Below are positions 50,128 to 60,400 of a stretch of 64,000 bases of DNA, piece by piece. The notes beneath the pieces are model-generated. The model worked only from the letters and a program-made list of their open reading frames with translations. It did no database searches and was not told the origin of the DNA. Position 1 is the first letter of the stretch; each line of letters opens with the position of its first letter. The DNA is taken from NCBI GenBank assembly GCA_018814445.1, contig JAHIZV010000139.1, forward strand, positions 4,342 to 68,341, written 5' to 3'. The position numbers and the translations under genes were made by a program. The DNA comes from Verrucomicrobiota bacterium (GTDB lineage Bacteria > Verrucomicrobiota > Kiritimatiellia > JAHIZV01).

Positions 50128-50718
50128 CTACCAGTCTTTCTTCCACTGAACCGCCGCCGCCCCGTTCTCATCCTCGTTCCCCGACGCGTCGTAGATGAAC
50201 CAGAATTTTCTCCCGGGCAATCCAAGTTCAATGCGCTGCATGATGTACGATTCGTTTTCCGGGCTCCATAACCCTCCAACGCCCAGCGACAGCGAGCTCG
50301 TGACGGTACCGGACGCGCTTCGGAGCTGCTTGAGCTGATCCGTGTTGAGCTTCAGACGCATGGGAGTCTGTGCTTCCGGCTTTGGCCCGAAAGTCATGGT
50401 GCCGTCCGGTTGAGTAACCAGGAGCGGAACGCCGGACCGGGCAATACGCTGGGCTACGAAACGCTCAAGATTCGATGCCGTTCCCGATGAGTCCCCGCGA
50501 TACAGCACGTACAGGTCAGGCCGTTCCGCGCGAGAGATGTAGTTGGTGAACTGTTGCGGCGTCATGTTCGTACCATTGACGACAAGCCCCCCGCTTTCAG
50601 TCATGCGGATGTCAGCCTGGCTCACCACCCTTGAGCATTGCGATGTGTCACTCGCCGCGCGGGAGCCAGCGATCAGAGCCGGAAAAAGCAGTAGAAACAG
50701 TACTAATATACAGCGCAT
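50128..50718 (-). CDS. Hypothetical secreted protein
   Basis: Signal-peptide-like N-terminus; ends in W (QWKKDW). Confidence 0.6.
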   Translation of the reverse strand: MRCILVLFLLLFPALIAGSRAASDTSQCSRVVSQADIRMTESGGLVVNGTNMTPQQFTNYISRAERPDLYVLYRGDSSGTASNLERFVAQRIARSGVPLLVTQPDGTMTFGPKPEAQTPMRLKLNTDQLKQLRSASGTVTSSLSLGVGGLWSPENESYIMQRIELGLPGRKFWFIYDASGNEDENGAAAVQWKKDW

Positions 50719-50792
50719 AACAGTTCTCTCGATGCCGACATAGAGCCCAGACACCCCCCTCGCATCCGCGCCCCCTGACTACTGATCACTGA

Positions 50793-51905
50793 TTACTCAT
50801 TCTCGACGTCTGACGAAGATCTGAGCCAGCCTTTTCTCTTGAAGAACCAGAGCATTCCGCCCGCAACCAATATCATCACGACCCAAATCAACGGGTAGCC
50901 CCATTTCCAGGTCAGCTCAGGCATGTTGAAACGGGAGGCCTCGTTGCTGAAGTTCATGCCGTAGATACCGGCGATGAAGGTCAAGGGAATGAAGACGGAA
51001 GCCATGATCGTCAGTACCTTCATAACTTCATTCATGCGGTTGCTTACCTGTGACAGATAGAAATCCATCAGACTCGAGCACATCTCCCGCAGACCTTCGT
51101 TCATTTCAATGATGCGAAGGGAGTGGTCATAGGCGTCACGCAGATAGAGAAGCGTCTCCTTCTCGAAATGGCGCGACTGGTCCCGCGTCAGCGTGTTGAG
51201 CATATCACGCACACCCCACATCACCCGGCGGATGGAAACAAGACACCTCTTCATGCGATAGATTCGTTTGACGCTTCCGCTGTTCGTCGATTGCATGATA
51301 GCAGCCTCGATGTCTTCGACGTCCTCATCATTCTTCTCAAGAAGGGGGAAATAGGAATCGATAATGACGTCTATCATCGTATAGGCCAGGTAACCCGAAG
51401 ATGATTTTCTCACGCGGCCTTTATCCTGCACGATTCGATCCAGTATGGTCTCCAGCCGGTGTATGGAGGTTGACTGAAACGTCACGACGTAGCCCTTGCC
51501 CAGGTAAATGCAGATCTGCTCAAAGTCGAGCCCGTTCTCGAACACCGGATACTGCATGACGATAAAGAGGTAGTCGTCATACTCTTCGACCTTCGGGCGC
51601 TGGTTGAGACTGACGACATCCTCCAGCGACAGCCTGTGGAAGCCGAACAGGTCGCCCAGCTTCGTCAGGAGCCCCTCGTCTCCAAGTCCGTTAACGTCGA
51701 CCCACACAACACTGGACTTCCCAAGAAAGGGCTTGATTTCATCAGGATCGGCAACTCGCTTTTGAACCACCTCTGCCGCGCTGTACGCTATGACGTCAAT
51801 GGTCGGAAGAGGTGAGTCTTCAGGGATATTGAGATGCCCGGGGGGCAGTCCGATGTCGCGCGTGTACGAAGCCTTCATCCTCCACGTCTCCTCAGTAATC
51901 GTCAA
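50793..51905 (-). CDS. corA: Magnesium/cobalt transporter CorA
   Basis: QRPKVEEY, MNEVMKVLT, YGMNF, MPEL. Confidence 0.95.
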   Translation of the reverse strand: MTITEETWRMKASYTRDIGLPPGHLNIPEDSPLPTIDVIAYSAAEVVQKRVADPDEIKPFLGKSSVVWVDVNGLGDEGLLTKLGDLFGFHRLSLEDVVSLNQRPKVEEYDDYLFIVMQYPVFENGLDFEQICIYLGKGYVVTFQSTSIHRLETILDRIVQDKGRVRKSSSGYLAYTMIDVIIDSYFPLLEKNDEDVEDIEAAIMQSTNSGSVKRIYRMKRCLVSIRRVMWGVRDMLNTLTRDQSRHFEKETLLYLRDAYDHSLRIIEMNEGLREMCSSLMDFYLSQVSNRMNEVMKVLTIMASVFIPLTFIAGIYGMNFSNEASRFNMPELTWKWGYPLIWVVMILVAGGMLWFFKRKGWLRSSSDVENE

Positions 51906-52072
51906 AACGAACCTGACTCATTTGTCATTTGCACAGTAGCACAGAATCCCGCGGATGACACCCCGCAATCGTCCAGGACAACCATCCCGGCAATAGCTTT
52001 CCGCGCCGGTCACACGGGGTGGACAAAGAGATTCTGTTCTGGGATACTTCTCCGATGGTATCGGGGGGTTCG

Positions 52073-54787
52073 ATGTCAACTGGACAAGTGCGGGTACTGG
52101 CGATAGACGACATTCAGGATAGCCTGGATCTAATCGGACATGTGCTGCGCGCCCATTTTCCCGGAGCTGAACTCGTTACCGCCCTGAACGGCACGGAGGG
52201 AATTCAGAAGGCCAGGACCTCTCAACCGAGCATCATCCTTCTCGATGTGCTCATGCCCGAAATGGATGGCTTCGAGGCTTGTCGACGGCTCAAATCCGAC
52301 CCGGCGACGGCGCATATCCCGGTCCTCATGATTTCGGGTATCCGGGTCGCGGATATCGACCGTACAATCGGCGTCCAGTCCGGGGCCGACGGATATCTCT
52401 GTAAACCCTACGAACCGAACGAGCTCATCTCGCAAATCCATTCACTCCTGCGCATAAGCGCGAACGAGCAACACCTTCGCGAACAGCGGGAAGAACTTCG
52501 GGCCGAACTGTCGGAAACGCTCCGGCATCTTGAGGATCAGCGAAACTATCTCAAATCACTTTTCGACGAGTCTCCGGACGCCATTTTCGTGGAAGATGTG
52601 CAGGGAAACGTGCTCGACGTCAATAGACGGGCATGTGAACTACATGATCTCTCCCGCGAGGAGCTCATCGGAAAGAATGTCCTCGATCTCGTTCCCCCTG
52701 AAGAACGTGAACGAGTCGCGGGGGATTTTCCAAAGTGGTCGGCGGGCTCAATCCATCACTATTCCGGCTTCAGCTACAAGGCCGACGGGACGGCGATTCC
52801 CGTGGAAATCCGGCGCAGTTCGATCATCCACAAAGGACAGGAAGCGCATCTTCTTCACGTCAGGGACGTAAGCGAGCGCGTTGAGGCGGAGAAGAAGATT
52901 CAATTCACGGAATTCTCACTCGCCCATGCATCGCTCGCAGCCTTCTGGGTGGCGGAAGACGCGAGTTTTGCCTATGCGAATGAAGCCGCAGCCCGCAGTC
53001 TCGGATACACGAAGGAAGAGCTTCTCAGTATGGGCGTTCCGGATATCGACCCGCTTTATACGGCGGAAGCGTGGCCCGAGCATTGGAAGGTCTTTTCCCG
53101 CGAGAAAGTACTTACGTTTGAATCACTGCACAGGCGAAAAGACGGCACCACTTTCCCGGTTGAAATCACGACCAACTATGTCGAGGTGGACGGGAAGCCT
53201 TTCATGTTTTCCTTCGCCCAGAATATCGCGGAACGGAAGCAGGCCGAAGAATCCCTTAGACAAAGCGAGGCCCGGTTCAGAGAACTCGTAGCACTTCTGC
53301 CTGAGCTCATCTTTGAAATCAGCCCCGATGGGCATGTGTTGTTTGCCAACAGAACCGGCCTCGAAATGTTCGGGTACACAGAAGAAGAGCTGGCCGCCGG
53401 CCTGAACGCTTTCAATATGTTCGCGCGACGGGACGTTCCTCGTGTGGTGTCAAACATGTCGAAAGTTGTTCGTGGCGAGAACATCGGACACACCGAGTAC
53501 ATGGCTAAACGTAAGAACGGAACTTTCTTTCCGGTGTCCGCCTATGTCGCCCCTATCATTAAGGAGGGCACGATTGTGGGTCTCCGGGGTATCGGCGTCG
53601 ACGTAACAGACCGCAAACGCGCGGAAGAAATCGAAGCCAGGATGATGCAGGCGGATAAACTCGAGAGCATCGGCGTGCTCGCCGGGGGCATCGCGCACGA
53701 TTTCAATAACATTCTGATGTCGATCATTGGCTACTGTGATCTCGCTCTTCAGGACTCGAAAGAAGGAAACGATGTACGCGGTCATCTGGAGGAGATCATG
53801 TCCGCCGGGAAGCGGGCGCGGACACTGATAAAACAAATCCAGACATTCTCGCGCGAATCCGACTCCGAGAAGAAGCCGGTCGACATTCGGTCAGTCGTTC
53901 AGGAAGCGCTTCACTTCTTGCGGGTCTCGATTCCCGTAATGATCAGGATCGACACGGATTTGCATGAAGATTGCGGCACGATAGCGGCTGATCCGACACA
54001 GGTTCACCAGGTGGTCATGAACATATGCACGAATGCTTACCAGGCCATGGAATCAACCGGCGGGGTGCTGCGCATCGCGGTTGAGCCGATTGAGGTGACG
54101 CCCGACCTGGCAGCCAGGAATCCTGATCTGCACCCGGGCCCCTATGTCCGCCTCATCATCGAAGACAACGGCCCCGGAATTGACCCCTATCACCTGCCCC
54201 GCATCTTCGATCCGTTTTTTACAACTAAAGATCCAACCAAAGGAACGGGGTTGGGGCTTTCCGTGGTCCACGGAATCATTTCAGGTCACCATGGCGCCGT
54301 AACCGTCGAGTCCGAACCCGGCAAGGGCACGAGATTTGAAATCTATCTTCCAAGAGCCAAGACGCCTGCGGCGGATGCGACAGCCTCCACGCAGGAGTTA
54401 CAGCCGCAGAAAGGCACGGAAAGGATTCTTTGTGTGGATGATGAAGAGAGAATCGCGCAGCTTTCCAAAAGACTCCTGGAAACACTCGGATACACGGCGG
54501 ATAGCTTCTCGAGCAGCGCCGAAGCCCTCGCGGCCTTCCGTGAGAATCCTGATATGTACGATCTGGTTCTCACGGACCTTGCGATGCCGGAGCTTACGGG
54601 AACCGAACTGGCTTCAACCATTCTGCAGATACGGCCGGACATTCCGATTGTCCTGTGTACGGGCTATAACCAGACAGTGACGCAGGAAGAAGTGGTGCGA
54701 ACAGGCATATCCAAGCTGGTCCACAAGCCTTTCACCCGCGATCAGATTGCCAGAGACTTGCGGGAGCTGCTGGACAGGAAAGGGTAA
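52073..54787 (+). CDS. Hybrid sensor kinase: REC-3xPAS-HisKA-HATPase-REC
   Basis: DVLMPEMDG, PAS motifs, GGIAHDFNN, PFFTTK, GTGLGL, DLAMP. Confidence 0.95.
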   Translation: MSTGQVRVLAIDDIQDSLDLIGHVLRAHFPGAELVTALNGTEGIQKARTSQPSIILLDVLMPEMDGFEACRRLKSDPATAHIPVLMISGIRVADIDRTIGVQSGADGYLCKPYEPNELISQIHSLLRISANEQHLREQREELRAELSETLRHLEDQRNYLKSLFDESPDAIFVEDVQGNVLDVNRRACELHDLSREELIGKNVLDLVPPEERERVAGDFPKWSAGSIHHYSGFSYKADGTAIPVEIRRSSIIHKGQEAHLLHVRDVSERVEAEKKIQFTEFSLAHASLAAFWVAEDASFAYANEAAARSLGYTKEELLSMGVPDIDPLYTAEAWPEHWKVFSREKVLTFESLHRRKDGTTFPVEITTNYVEVDGKPFMFSFAQNIAERKQAEESLRQSEARFRELVALLPELIFEISPDGHVLFANRTGLEMFGYTEEELAAGLNAFNMFARRDVPRVVSNMSKVVRGENIGHTEYMAKRKNGTFFPVSAYVAPIIKEGTIVGLRGIGVDVTDRKRAEEIEARMMQADKLESIGVLAGGIAHDFNNILMSIIGYCDLALQDSKEGNDVRGHLEEIMSAGKRARTLIKQIQTFSRESDSEKKPVDIRSVVQEALHFLRVSIPVMIRIDTDLHEDCGTIAADPTQVHQVVMNICTNAYQAMESTGGVLRIAVEPIEVTPDLAARNPDLHPGPYVRLIIEDNGPGIDPYHLPRIFDPFFTTKDPTKGTGLGLSVVHGIISGHHGAVTVESEPGKGTRFEIYLPRAKTPAADATASTQELQPQKGTERILCVDDEERIAQLSKRLLETLGYTADSFSSSAEALAAFRENPDMYDLVLTDLAMPELTGTELASTILQIRPDIPIVLCTGYNQTVTQEEVVRTGISKLVHKPFTRDQIARDLRELLDRKG

Positions 54788-54852
54788 TCGGCGGGGCGGA
54801 CACGGCGTTTTGAGGCCATTCCAGGACAGTCTTCAGTTCTGACAGCGACTGC

Positions 54853-54880
54853 TTGACACTTCCGCGCATATACATATATT
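54853..54880 (+). promoter_or_regulatory. Promoter of tRNA-Ala
   Basis: TTGACA-16 nt-TATATT. Confidence 0.65.
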
Positions 54881-54904
54881 GGCCCTTCACTTCGCGGGAA
54901 GGCC

Positions 54905-54980
54905 GGGGGGTTAGCTCAGTTGGGAGAGCGCCTGAATGGCATTCAGGAGGTCGTGGGTTCGACCCCCATACCCTCCACCA
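54905..54980 (+). tRNA. tRNA-Ala(GGC)
   Basis: G3:U70 pair, CCTGA-ATGGCAT-TCAGG anticodon arm, CCA. Confidence 0.97.
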
Positions 54981-55099
54981 GCCTTCGCGAGTTCATGATC
55001 GCCGCTTGACTCCCCCCGTTCCGGCCCCACAATACCCATGTCGATGAACTTAACGTCCAGGCGGGAAAGTCATATTCTTAACGTCGGAGGGAGAAGAGA

Positions 55100-55693
55100 A
55101 TGAAAGCACAGCATATAGTCGTCCTCAGCATTGTTTTCGGCCTGTTCTGCGGTTTCACGTCGGCCTTCGGGCAGGATGCAGAAACGGAGACTCCGGCTGT
55201 ACCGCGGATCCTCGTGATTCTTCCCGAGCAGGTTGATGTGGAATGGTTCTGGTATCACTACACGGCCCAGTCCCAGCATATTGTCCAGACCGCCATCGAG
55301 CAGGAGCTGGTTCGTGCCGGTTTTGACCTGGTCGACGTTTCCGCCGCGGAAGGCGCAAAGGCATATGGTTCGATTGACGCACTCCTGAACAAAGACAACG
55401 CAATCAAACTCGCTAAAGAACTCGGAGCTCAGTACGTCATCATCGGCCAGGCAAGTGCTGTCCGCGCCAGTCATGACGTGGCCTACGGCGTAAATGTATA
55501 CCGTTCAGAGGCTGTCGCCAGCGCGAAAATTATCCGCGTTGAAGACGGGAAGATACTCGACGTTGTGGAAATAGATGCCGATGCCGGCGGACAGTCCCAG
55601 CGGACAGCGGGAAGAGACGCGCTGAAGGATGCGGGAAAATCGCTCGCTAAAGAAGTGCGCAGGCAGACAAAAGGACTGTTGCCGCCCGAATAA
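55100..55693 (+). CDS. Hypothetical secreted/periplasmic protein
   Basis: Signal peptide, GGAGG RBS, alpha/beta domain (GAQYVIIGQA). Confidence 0.7.
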   Translation: MKAQHIVVLSIVFGLFCGFTSAFGQDAETETPAVPRILVILPEQVDVEWFWYHYTAQSQHIVQTAIEQELVRAGFDLVDVSAAEGAKAYGSIDALLNKDNAIKLAKELGAQYVIIGQASAVRASHDVAYGVNVYRSEAVASAKIIRVEDGKILDVVEIDADAGGQSQRTAGRDALKDAGKSLAKEVRRQTKGLLPPE

Positions 55694-55736
55694 GCCAACT
55701 CATTTCCGAGTTTCGAATGCTGATTTTCGATGGGGG

Positions 55737-56297
55737 ATGTTTGTGTCCGGGAACCACAGACCGAAATTCAGGAATCGAAATTCGAAAATCGTTTTCTCCT
55801 GGCCCGATCCCCCTCTGAACGTTGTCCTTGTCGAACCTGAGATCCCCCCCAACACGGGCAACATCGCGCGGCTGTGCGCGGCGACGGGCTCGACACTTCA
55901 CCTCGTAGGACCTCTTGGTTTCCGCCTGACCGATCGCGCGCTCAAACGGGCCGGTCTGGATTACTGGAAGTCTGTCACCATCGTCCGTCACAAGGATCTG
56001 CAGGAGTTCCTGCCCGCGATCACCGGCCGGCGGTTTCATCTCCTCAGCACGTCAGGGGAGACCTGCTACACAGAAGCATCATTCGCCCCAGGGGACTTTC
56101 TCATCTTCGGAAGTGAGACAAGGGGTCTGCCCGGAGACTTTCTGGAAGCATATAGAGAACGCGTTCTCGGCGTCCCCATGATCACCAGTAGTGTCCGGTC
56201 CCTGAACTTGGCAACAACTGCCGGGATCGTGCTGTACGAAGCTCTTCGGCAAGCGGGAAGGCCCGCCTCTCCTCCGATGGTTGATGGCGCGTCCTGA
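55737..56297 (+). CDS. trmL: tRNA (cytidine/uridine-34-2'-O)-methyltransferase (start uncertain)
   Basis: PEIPPNTGNIARLC, RAGLDYW, FGSETRGL, RSLNL. Confidence 0.92.
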   Translation: MFVSGNHRPKFRNRNSKIVFSWPDPPLNVVLVEPEIPPNTGNIARLCAATGSTLHLVGPLGFRLTDRALKRAGLDYWKSVTIVRHKDLQEFLPAITGRRFHLLSTSGETCYTEASFAPGDFLIFGSETRGLPGDFLEAYRERVLGVPMITSSVRSLNLATTAGIVLYEALRQAGRPASPPMVDGAS

Positions 56298-56429
56298 ACC
56301 CGGGTTTGGGATTTCAGTTTTTCTTTCTCACTTTCCCCTTTTTTGTTTGAACAAAACGCTCTCTTCTCAGTCAGTATTGAGAGACTCTAAACAGGCAGAT
56401 AGCTGTGGAAAGAAATACAGGAGTTCATC

Positions 56430-57419
56430 ATGGAAGCAGGCATAAGCGTCATAAATGAACGAGTGAAACAGGAGGGCGCATTCATCCAGGCCCTCAAGTA
56501 CGAAATCCGCAAGGTGATTGTGGGTCAGGAGTATCTGATCGACCGCCTCGTGATCGGCCTGCTCGCCAACGGGCATATCCTTCTCGAAGGCGTTCCGGGC
56601 TTGGCGAAAACACTGGCCGTGAAAACACTGGCCGCCGCCATCGACACCTCCTTCCAGAGAATCCAGTTCACACCCGACCTTCTGCCCGCCGATCTTATCG
56701 GGACGCTTGTCTACAACCCGAAAGACGGAAATTTCACCACGAAGAAGGGGCCTGTATTCGCCAACGTGATTCTGGCCGATGAAATAAATCGCGCGCCTGC
56801 CAAAGTTCAGAGCGCACTGCTCGAAGCCATGCAGGAACGCCAGGTGACGATCGGAAGTCAGACCTTTCCCCTCCCTACCCCGTTCCTCGTAATGGCAACG
56901 GAGAACCCCATCGAGCAGGAAGGAACCTATCCCCTCCCCGAGGCACAGGTCGACCGGTTCATGCTGAAGCTCAGGATCACGTATCCCAGTATCGAAGAGG
57001 AACGGCAGATTCTCGACGCGATGGCCGTGACGCAGACGAATATAGAAGTGTCGCCCGCGGTGAAGCCGGAGGCCATCCTGAGCGCGCGCAAGGTAGTCGA
57101 TGAAGTGTACGTGGACGACAAAATCAAGGACTACATTCTGAGTATTGTTTTTGCCACGCGGGAACCGAAGAAGTACTCGCTCGACATCGAGGATTACATC
57201 CGGTACGGCGCGTCTCCGCGGGCCACCATCTACCTGACCGTTGCAGCCAAGGCCCACGCTTTTCTGCACGGCCGCGGATATGTGACCCCGCAGGATGTGA
57301 AGTCTATCGCCCCCGACATCCTCCGCCACCGATTGATTGTCACGTACGAGGCGGAGGCCGAAGAGCTCACGTCTGACGACCTGGTGACAAGGCTGTTGAA
57401 CGAACTGCCGGTTCCTTAG
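56430..57419 (+). CDS. moxR: MoxR-family AAA+ ATPase
   Basis: GVPGLAKT, RIQFTPDLLPAD, DEINRAP, EQEGTYPLPEAQVDRF. Confidence 0.97.
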   Translation: MEAGISVINERVKQEGAFIQALKYEIRKVIVGQEYLIDRLVIGLLANGHILLEGVPGLAKTLAVKTLAAAIDTSFQRIQFTPDLLPADLIGTLVYNPKDGNFTTKKGPVFANVILADEINRAPAKVQSALLEAMQERQVTIGSQTFPLPTPFLVMATENPIEQEGTYPLPEAQVDRFMLKLRITYPSIEEERQILDAMAVTQTNIEVSPAVKPEAILSARKVVDEVYVDDKIKDYILSIVFATREPKKYSLDIEDYIRYGASPRATIYLTVAAKAHAFLHGRGYVTPQDVKSIAPDILRHRLIVTYEAEAEELTSDDLVTRLLNELPVP

Positions 57420-57420
57420 A

Positions 57421-57487
57421 GGTTCAAGGTCCCATGTCCCGGATCCAAAGTCAGACACTCAGGTCTCAGGTCTCAGGTTTCAGGTTT
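57421..57487. repeat. Heptamer array (TCAGGTC/TCAGGTT)n
   Basis: tcaggtc tcaggtc tcaggtt tcaggtt between moxR and the DUF58 gene. Confidence 0.85.
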
Positions 57488-57492
57488 CCCAT

Positions 57493-58377
57493 ATGATTCC
57501 AAAGGAAATCATACGCAAGGTTCGGCACATCCAGATCCGGACACGTCACATGGTCAATGACGTGTTTGCGGGCCAGTATCACAGTGTGTTCAAGGGACAG
57601 GGCATCGAATTCGAAGAGGTGCGCGAGTACGTTCCGGGGGACGATATTCGTTCTATTGACTGGAACGTGACCGCCCGCATGGGGCATCCCTATATCAAGA
57701 AATTCGTCGAAGAACGTGAAATGACGGTCATGCTTCTTGTGGACATCAGTGCTTCAAATGTTTTCGGGAGCACTCAACAGCTTAAGAAGGACCTCGCGGC
57801 GGAAATTGCCGCTGTGCTGGCTTTCTCCGCCATCCGGAACAACGACCGCGTCGGATTGATTCTTTTCACCGACGAAGTGGAACGCTACGTTCCCCCGCAG
57901 AAGGGCGTCCGACACGTCCTGCGTGTCATTCGGGAAGTTCTTCACTTTGAACCCAGGCAGAAGAAAACGCGGGTCGTCCCGACGCTTGATTTTCTGAATC
58001 ACGTCGCCACGCGCAAAGCAGTCACGTTTCTCATCAGCGATTTTCTTTTCCCCGAAGACTATAAGCGGGCATTGACTGTAACCGCGAAACGCCACGACCT
58101 CGTCGGCGTCATTGTCAGGGATAAACGCGAACAGGCATGGCCGAAGGTCGGGCTTGTGGACTGGGAAGACGCGGAGTCGGGTCGGCGATATCTCGTGGAT
58201 TCAAGCGACGCGTCCGTAAGGCGCGCCCTGGCGAGAATGGAAGAGGCGAAAATGGAGAGGACGCGCGAGATTCTCCGGAGCTCAGGCTGCGACCGGATTG
58301 AAGTGTTCGCAGGCGAGTACTACGAAAAGGAATTCATCAAGTTCTTCCGCATGAGAGAGCGGAGGTTGAGGGTATGA
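57493..58377 (+). CDS. DUF58 (vWA-like) protein
   Basis: GQGIEFEEVREY, GDDIRSIDWNVTAR, EERE. Confidence 0.95.
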   Translation: MIPKEIIRKVRHIQIRTRHMVNDVFAGQYHSVFKGQGIEFEEVREYVPGDDIRSIDWNVTARMGHPYIKKFVEEREMTVMLLVDISASNVFGSTQQLKKDLAAEIAAVLAFSAIRNNDRVGLILFTDEVERYVPPQKGVRHVLRVIREVLHFEPRQKKTRVVPTLDFLNHVATRKAVTFLISDFLFPEDYKRALTVTAKRHDLVGVIVRDKREQAWPKVGLVDWEDAESGRRYLVDSSDASVRRALARMEEAKMERTREILRSSGCDRIEVFAGEYYEKEFIKFFRMRERRLRV

Positions 58378-59408
58378 AGACGTGTGGAAGTGTGAAAGTG
58401 CGTGAGTATGGAAGTGGACCGACCCCCACACCCCCGTACTCCCACACCCCCATACTGCTTCTTTGCCTGACACTTCTTGTTTCCGCCTGCTCGCAAACCA
58501 ACGCTCCCTCAGGTGCGAGCCAACATGTGACCGCCTCCCTCAGCACGAATACCATTCACATCGGCGATGAAGTAATCGCCACACTGTCAGTGATTCATCC
58601 GGCAGGCACACACGTTCAACTGGATGAGCCCGGACGGGGTAAGGCCATCATCGTCCGCGACAGAAAATGGGATTCCTCCGAGCTGAATCCAACACAACTG
58701 ATTTCGCGCGCGACCTACACGCTCACCTCTCTGGAGATCGGCGATCACAGTGTGTCCACGGGCAGAGTCCAGATTGTGAGCGAAGAGGGGGATGCCGTTT
58801 CGGCGCCTTATCCCGATATTCAACTGCATGTCGTAAGTGCGCTGGAATCAGAAGACACCCAGCCGCACGACATCAAAGACCTGGCCGTCTGGCCCCGACG
58901 TTTTCCCCGCTGGATCGGCGTTCTCATCGGCATCGCACTGGCCGCCCTTGCGATTGCTTTGCTGGTTGGCCGCTTTCTCTCAAAACCCCGCACGATTATT
59001 CACGAACCTCCACCCATTCCGGCTCACGAGAAGGCGCTCCGCGCATTGATGCTTCTGAAGGAGAAGGGATGGATCGAGGCTTTGAACATAGAACCCTTCT
59101 ATGTTGCCCTCTCAGATGTCGTTCGCCATTACATCGAAGACCGGTTTCGTCTTCACGCACCCGAGCGGACGACGGAGGAGTTTATCCGCGAAGCGGCGGC
59201 CAACTCTGATCTCAATACAGATCACCGAATGCTGGTGTCCGACTTCCTGACCCAGTCCGACCTGGTTAAGTTCGCAAAGTACCAACCGGAACAGCGCGAC
59301 ATGCAATCAGCCTTCGACTCAGCAGAGCGCCTGATACACGAAACCACCTCTTCTGTACCCCCAGACTCCCACACTCCCACACACGGGGAAAGGGGGCGGC
59401 AAACATGA
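58374..59408 (+). CDS. Bat-cluster membrane protein, possibly a lipoprotein
   Basis: LLVSAC lipobox-like motif, DIK, TM helix, ERTTEEF, DLVKFAK; octamer repeats at both termini. Confidence 0.85.
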   Translation: MKTCGSVKVREYGSGPTPTPPYSHTPILLLCLTLLVSACSQTNAPSGASQHVTASLSTNTIHIGDEVIATLSVIHPAGTHVQLDEPGRGKAIIVRDRKWDSSELNPTQLISRATYTLTSLEIGDHSVSTGRVQIVSEEGDAVSAPYPDIQLHVVSALESEDTQPHDIKDLAVWPRRFPRWIGVLIGIALAALAIALLVGRFLSKPRTIIHEPPPIPAHEKALRALMLLKEKGWIEALNIEPFYVALSDVVRHYIEDRFRLHAPERTTEEFIREAAANSDLNTDHRMLVSDFLTQSDLVKFAKYQPEQRDMQSAFDSAERLIHETTSSVPPDSHTPTHGERGRQT

Positions 59409-60400
59409 CCTTCCGCTACCCATGGCTGTTGCTCCTGGTCCTGCTCGTGCCTCTGCTGACGTATGTCCGGTACGGGCGGCGACGGACTCCGTCCCTCCGG
59501 TTCAGCGACGGCACGACACTCGGAAAGCTCCCTCTCTCGTGGGCCGTGCTGGGACACAATCTGCTCCCCGCCCTGTATACAATAGGCCTGCTGTGCCTGG
59601 TAGTCGCGCTCGCGCGCCCTCAGAAAGGACTCGAGGAAAGCCGGGTTCGCACCGAGGGCGTCGACATCGTTCTCCTCGTTGACGTTTCGACATCAATGAA
59701 TGCCGAAGATTTCTCGTCATTGACGAAACACATAAATCGGCTGGATGCCGCAAAGCTGGTCATAGAGAAGTTCGTAAGAAAACGCGATAACGACCGTATT
59801 GCCATGGTCGCCTTTGCCGCCCTGCCCTACACGATCGTGCCTCTCACGCTGGACCACGGATGGCTCATCGGTCAGATGGACAGGCTGCAGACCGGTATGC
59901 TTGAAGACGGTACAGCGATTGGCTCCGCTCTTGGTTCAGCCATCAACAGACTCAGGGAAAGTGAAGCAAAGAGCAAAGTGGTGATACTCCTGACTGACGG
60001 GGTGAACAACGCAGGCACTCTATCGCCCGAGAATGCGGCCGAAGCGGCACGAGCGCTGGGGATTAAGGTCTATACGGTCGGCGCCGGTTCCAGCGGCTAT
60101 GTGCGAGTTCCGGTCACTGACGCCTTCGGCGGACAGCGCTACATCCGCCAACTTTCGGAAATCGATGAGCGGACACTCCAGCATATAGCCCGGACGACCG
60201 ATGCAAGGTACTTCCGTGCAGAGGATCTGAAAGCCCTTTCAGACGTGTACGACGAGATCGACAAACTTGAGCGAACGGAGATCGATGTCGAACAGTTCAC
60301 CACGTTCGAGGAGAAGTTCATGGGATTTGTCTGGGCGGCGGTTATTCTGCTTCTTCTCGATAAACTGATGTCGTTCGGAAGATTAGGGAGGCTTCCATAA
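59405..60400 (+). CDS. batA: vWA domain protein BatA
   Basis: ALARPQ, DVSTSM (MIDAS), PLTLD, GTAIG, LLTDG. Confidence 0.93.
   Translation: MTFRYPWLLLLVLLVPLLTYVRYGRRRTPSLRFSDGTTLGKLPLSWAVLGHNLLPALYTIGLLCLVVALARPQKGLEESRVRTEGVDIVLLVDVSTSMNAEDFSSLTKHINRLDAAKLVIEKFVRKRDNDRIAMVAFAALPYTIVPLTLDHGWLIGQMDRLQTGMLEDGTAIGSALGSAINRLRESEAKSKVVILLTDGVNNAGTLSPENAAEAARALGIKVYTVGAGSSGYVRVPVTDAFGGQRYIRQLSEIDERTLQHIARTTDARYFRAEDLKALSDVYDEIDKLERTEIDVEQFTTFEEKFMGFVWAAVILLLLDKLMSFGRLGRLP

Noticed and set aside
56367..57458. 363-aa minus-strand ORF
   Set aside because: Antisense shadow of moxR
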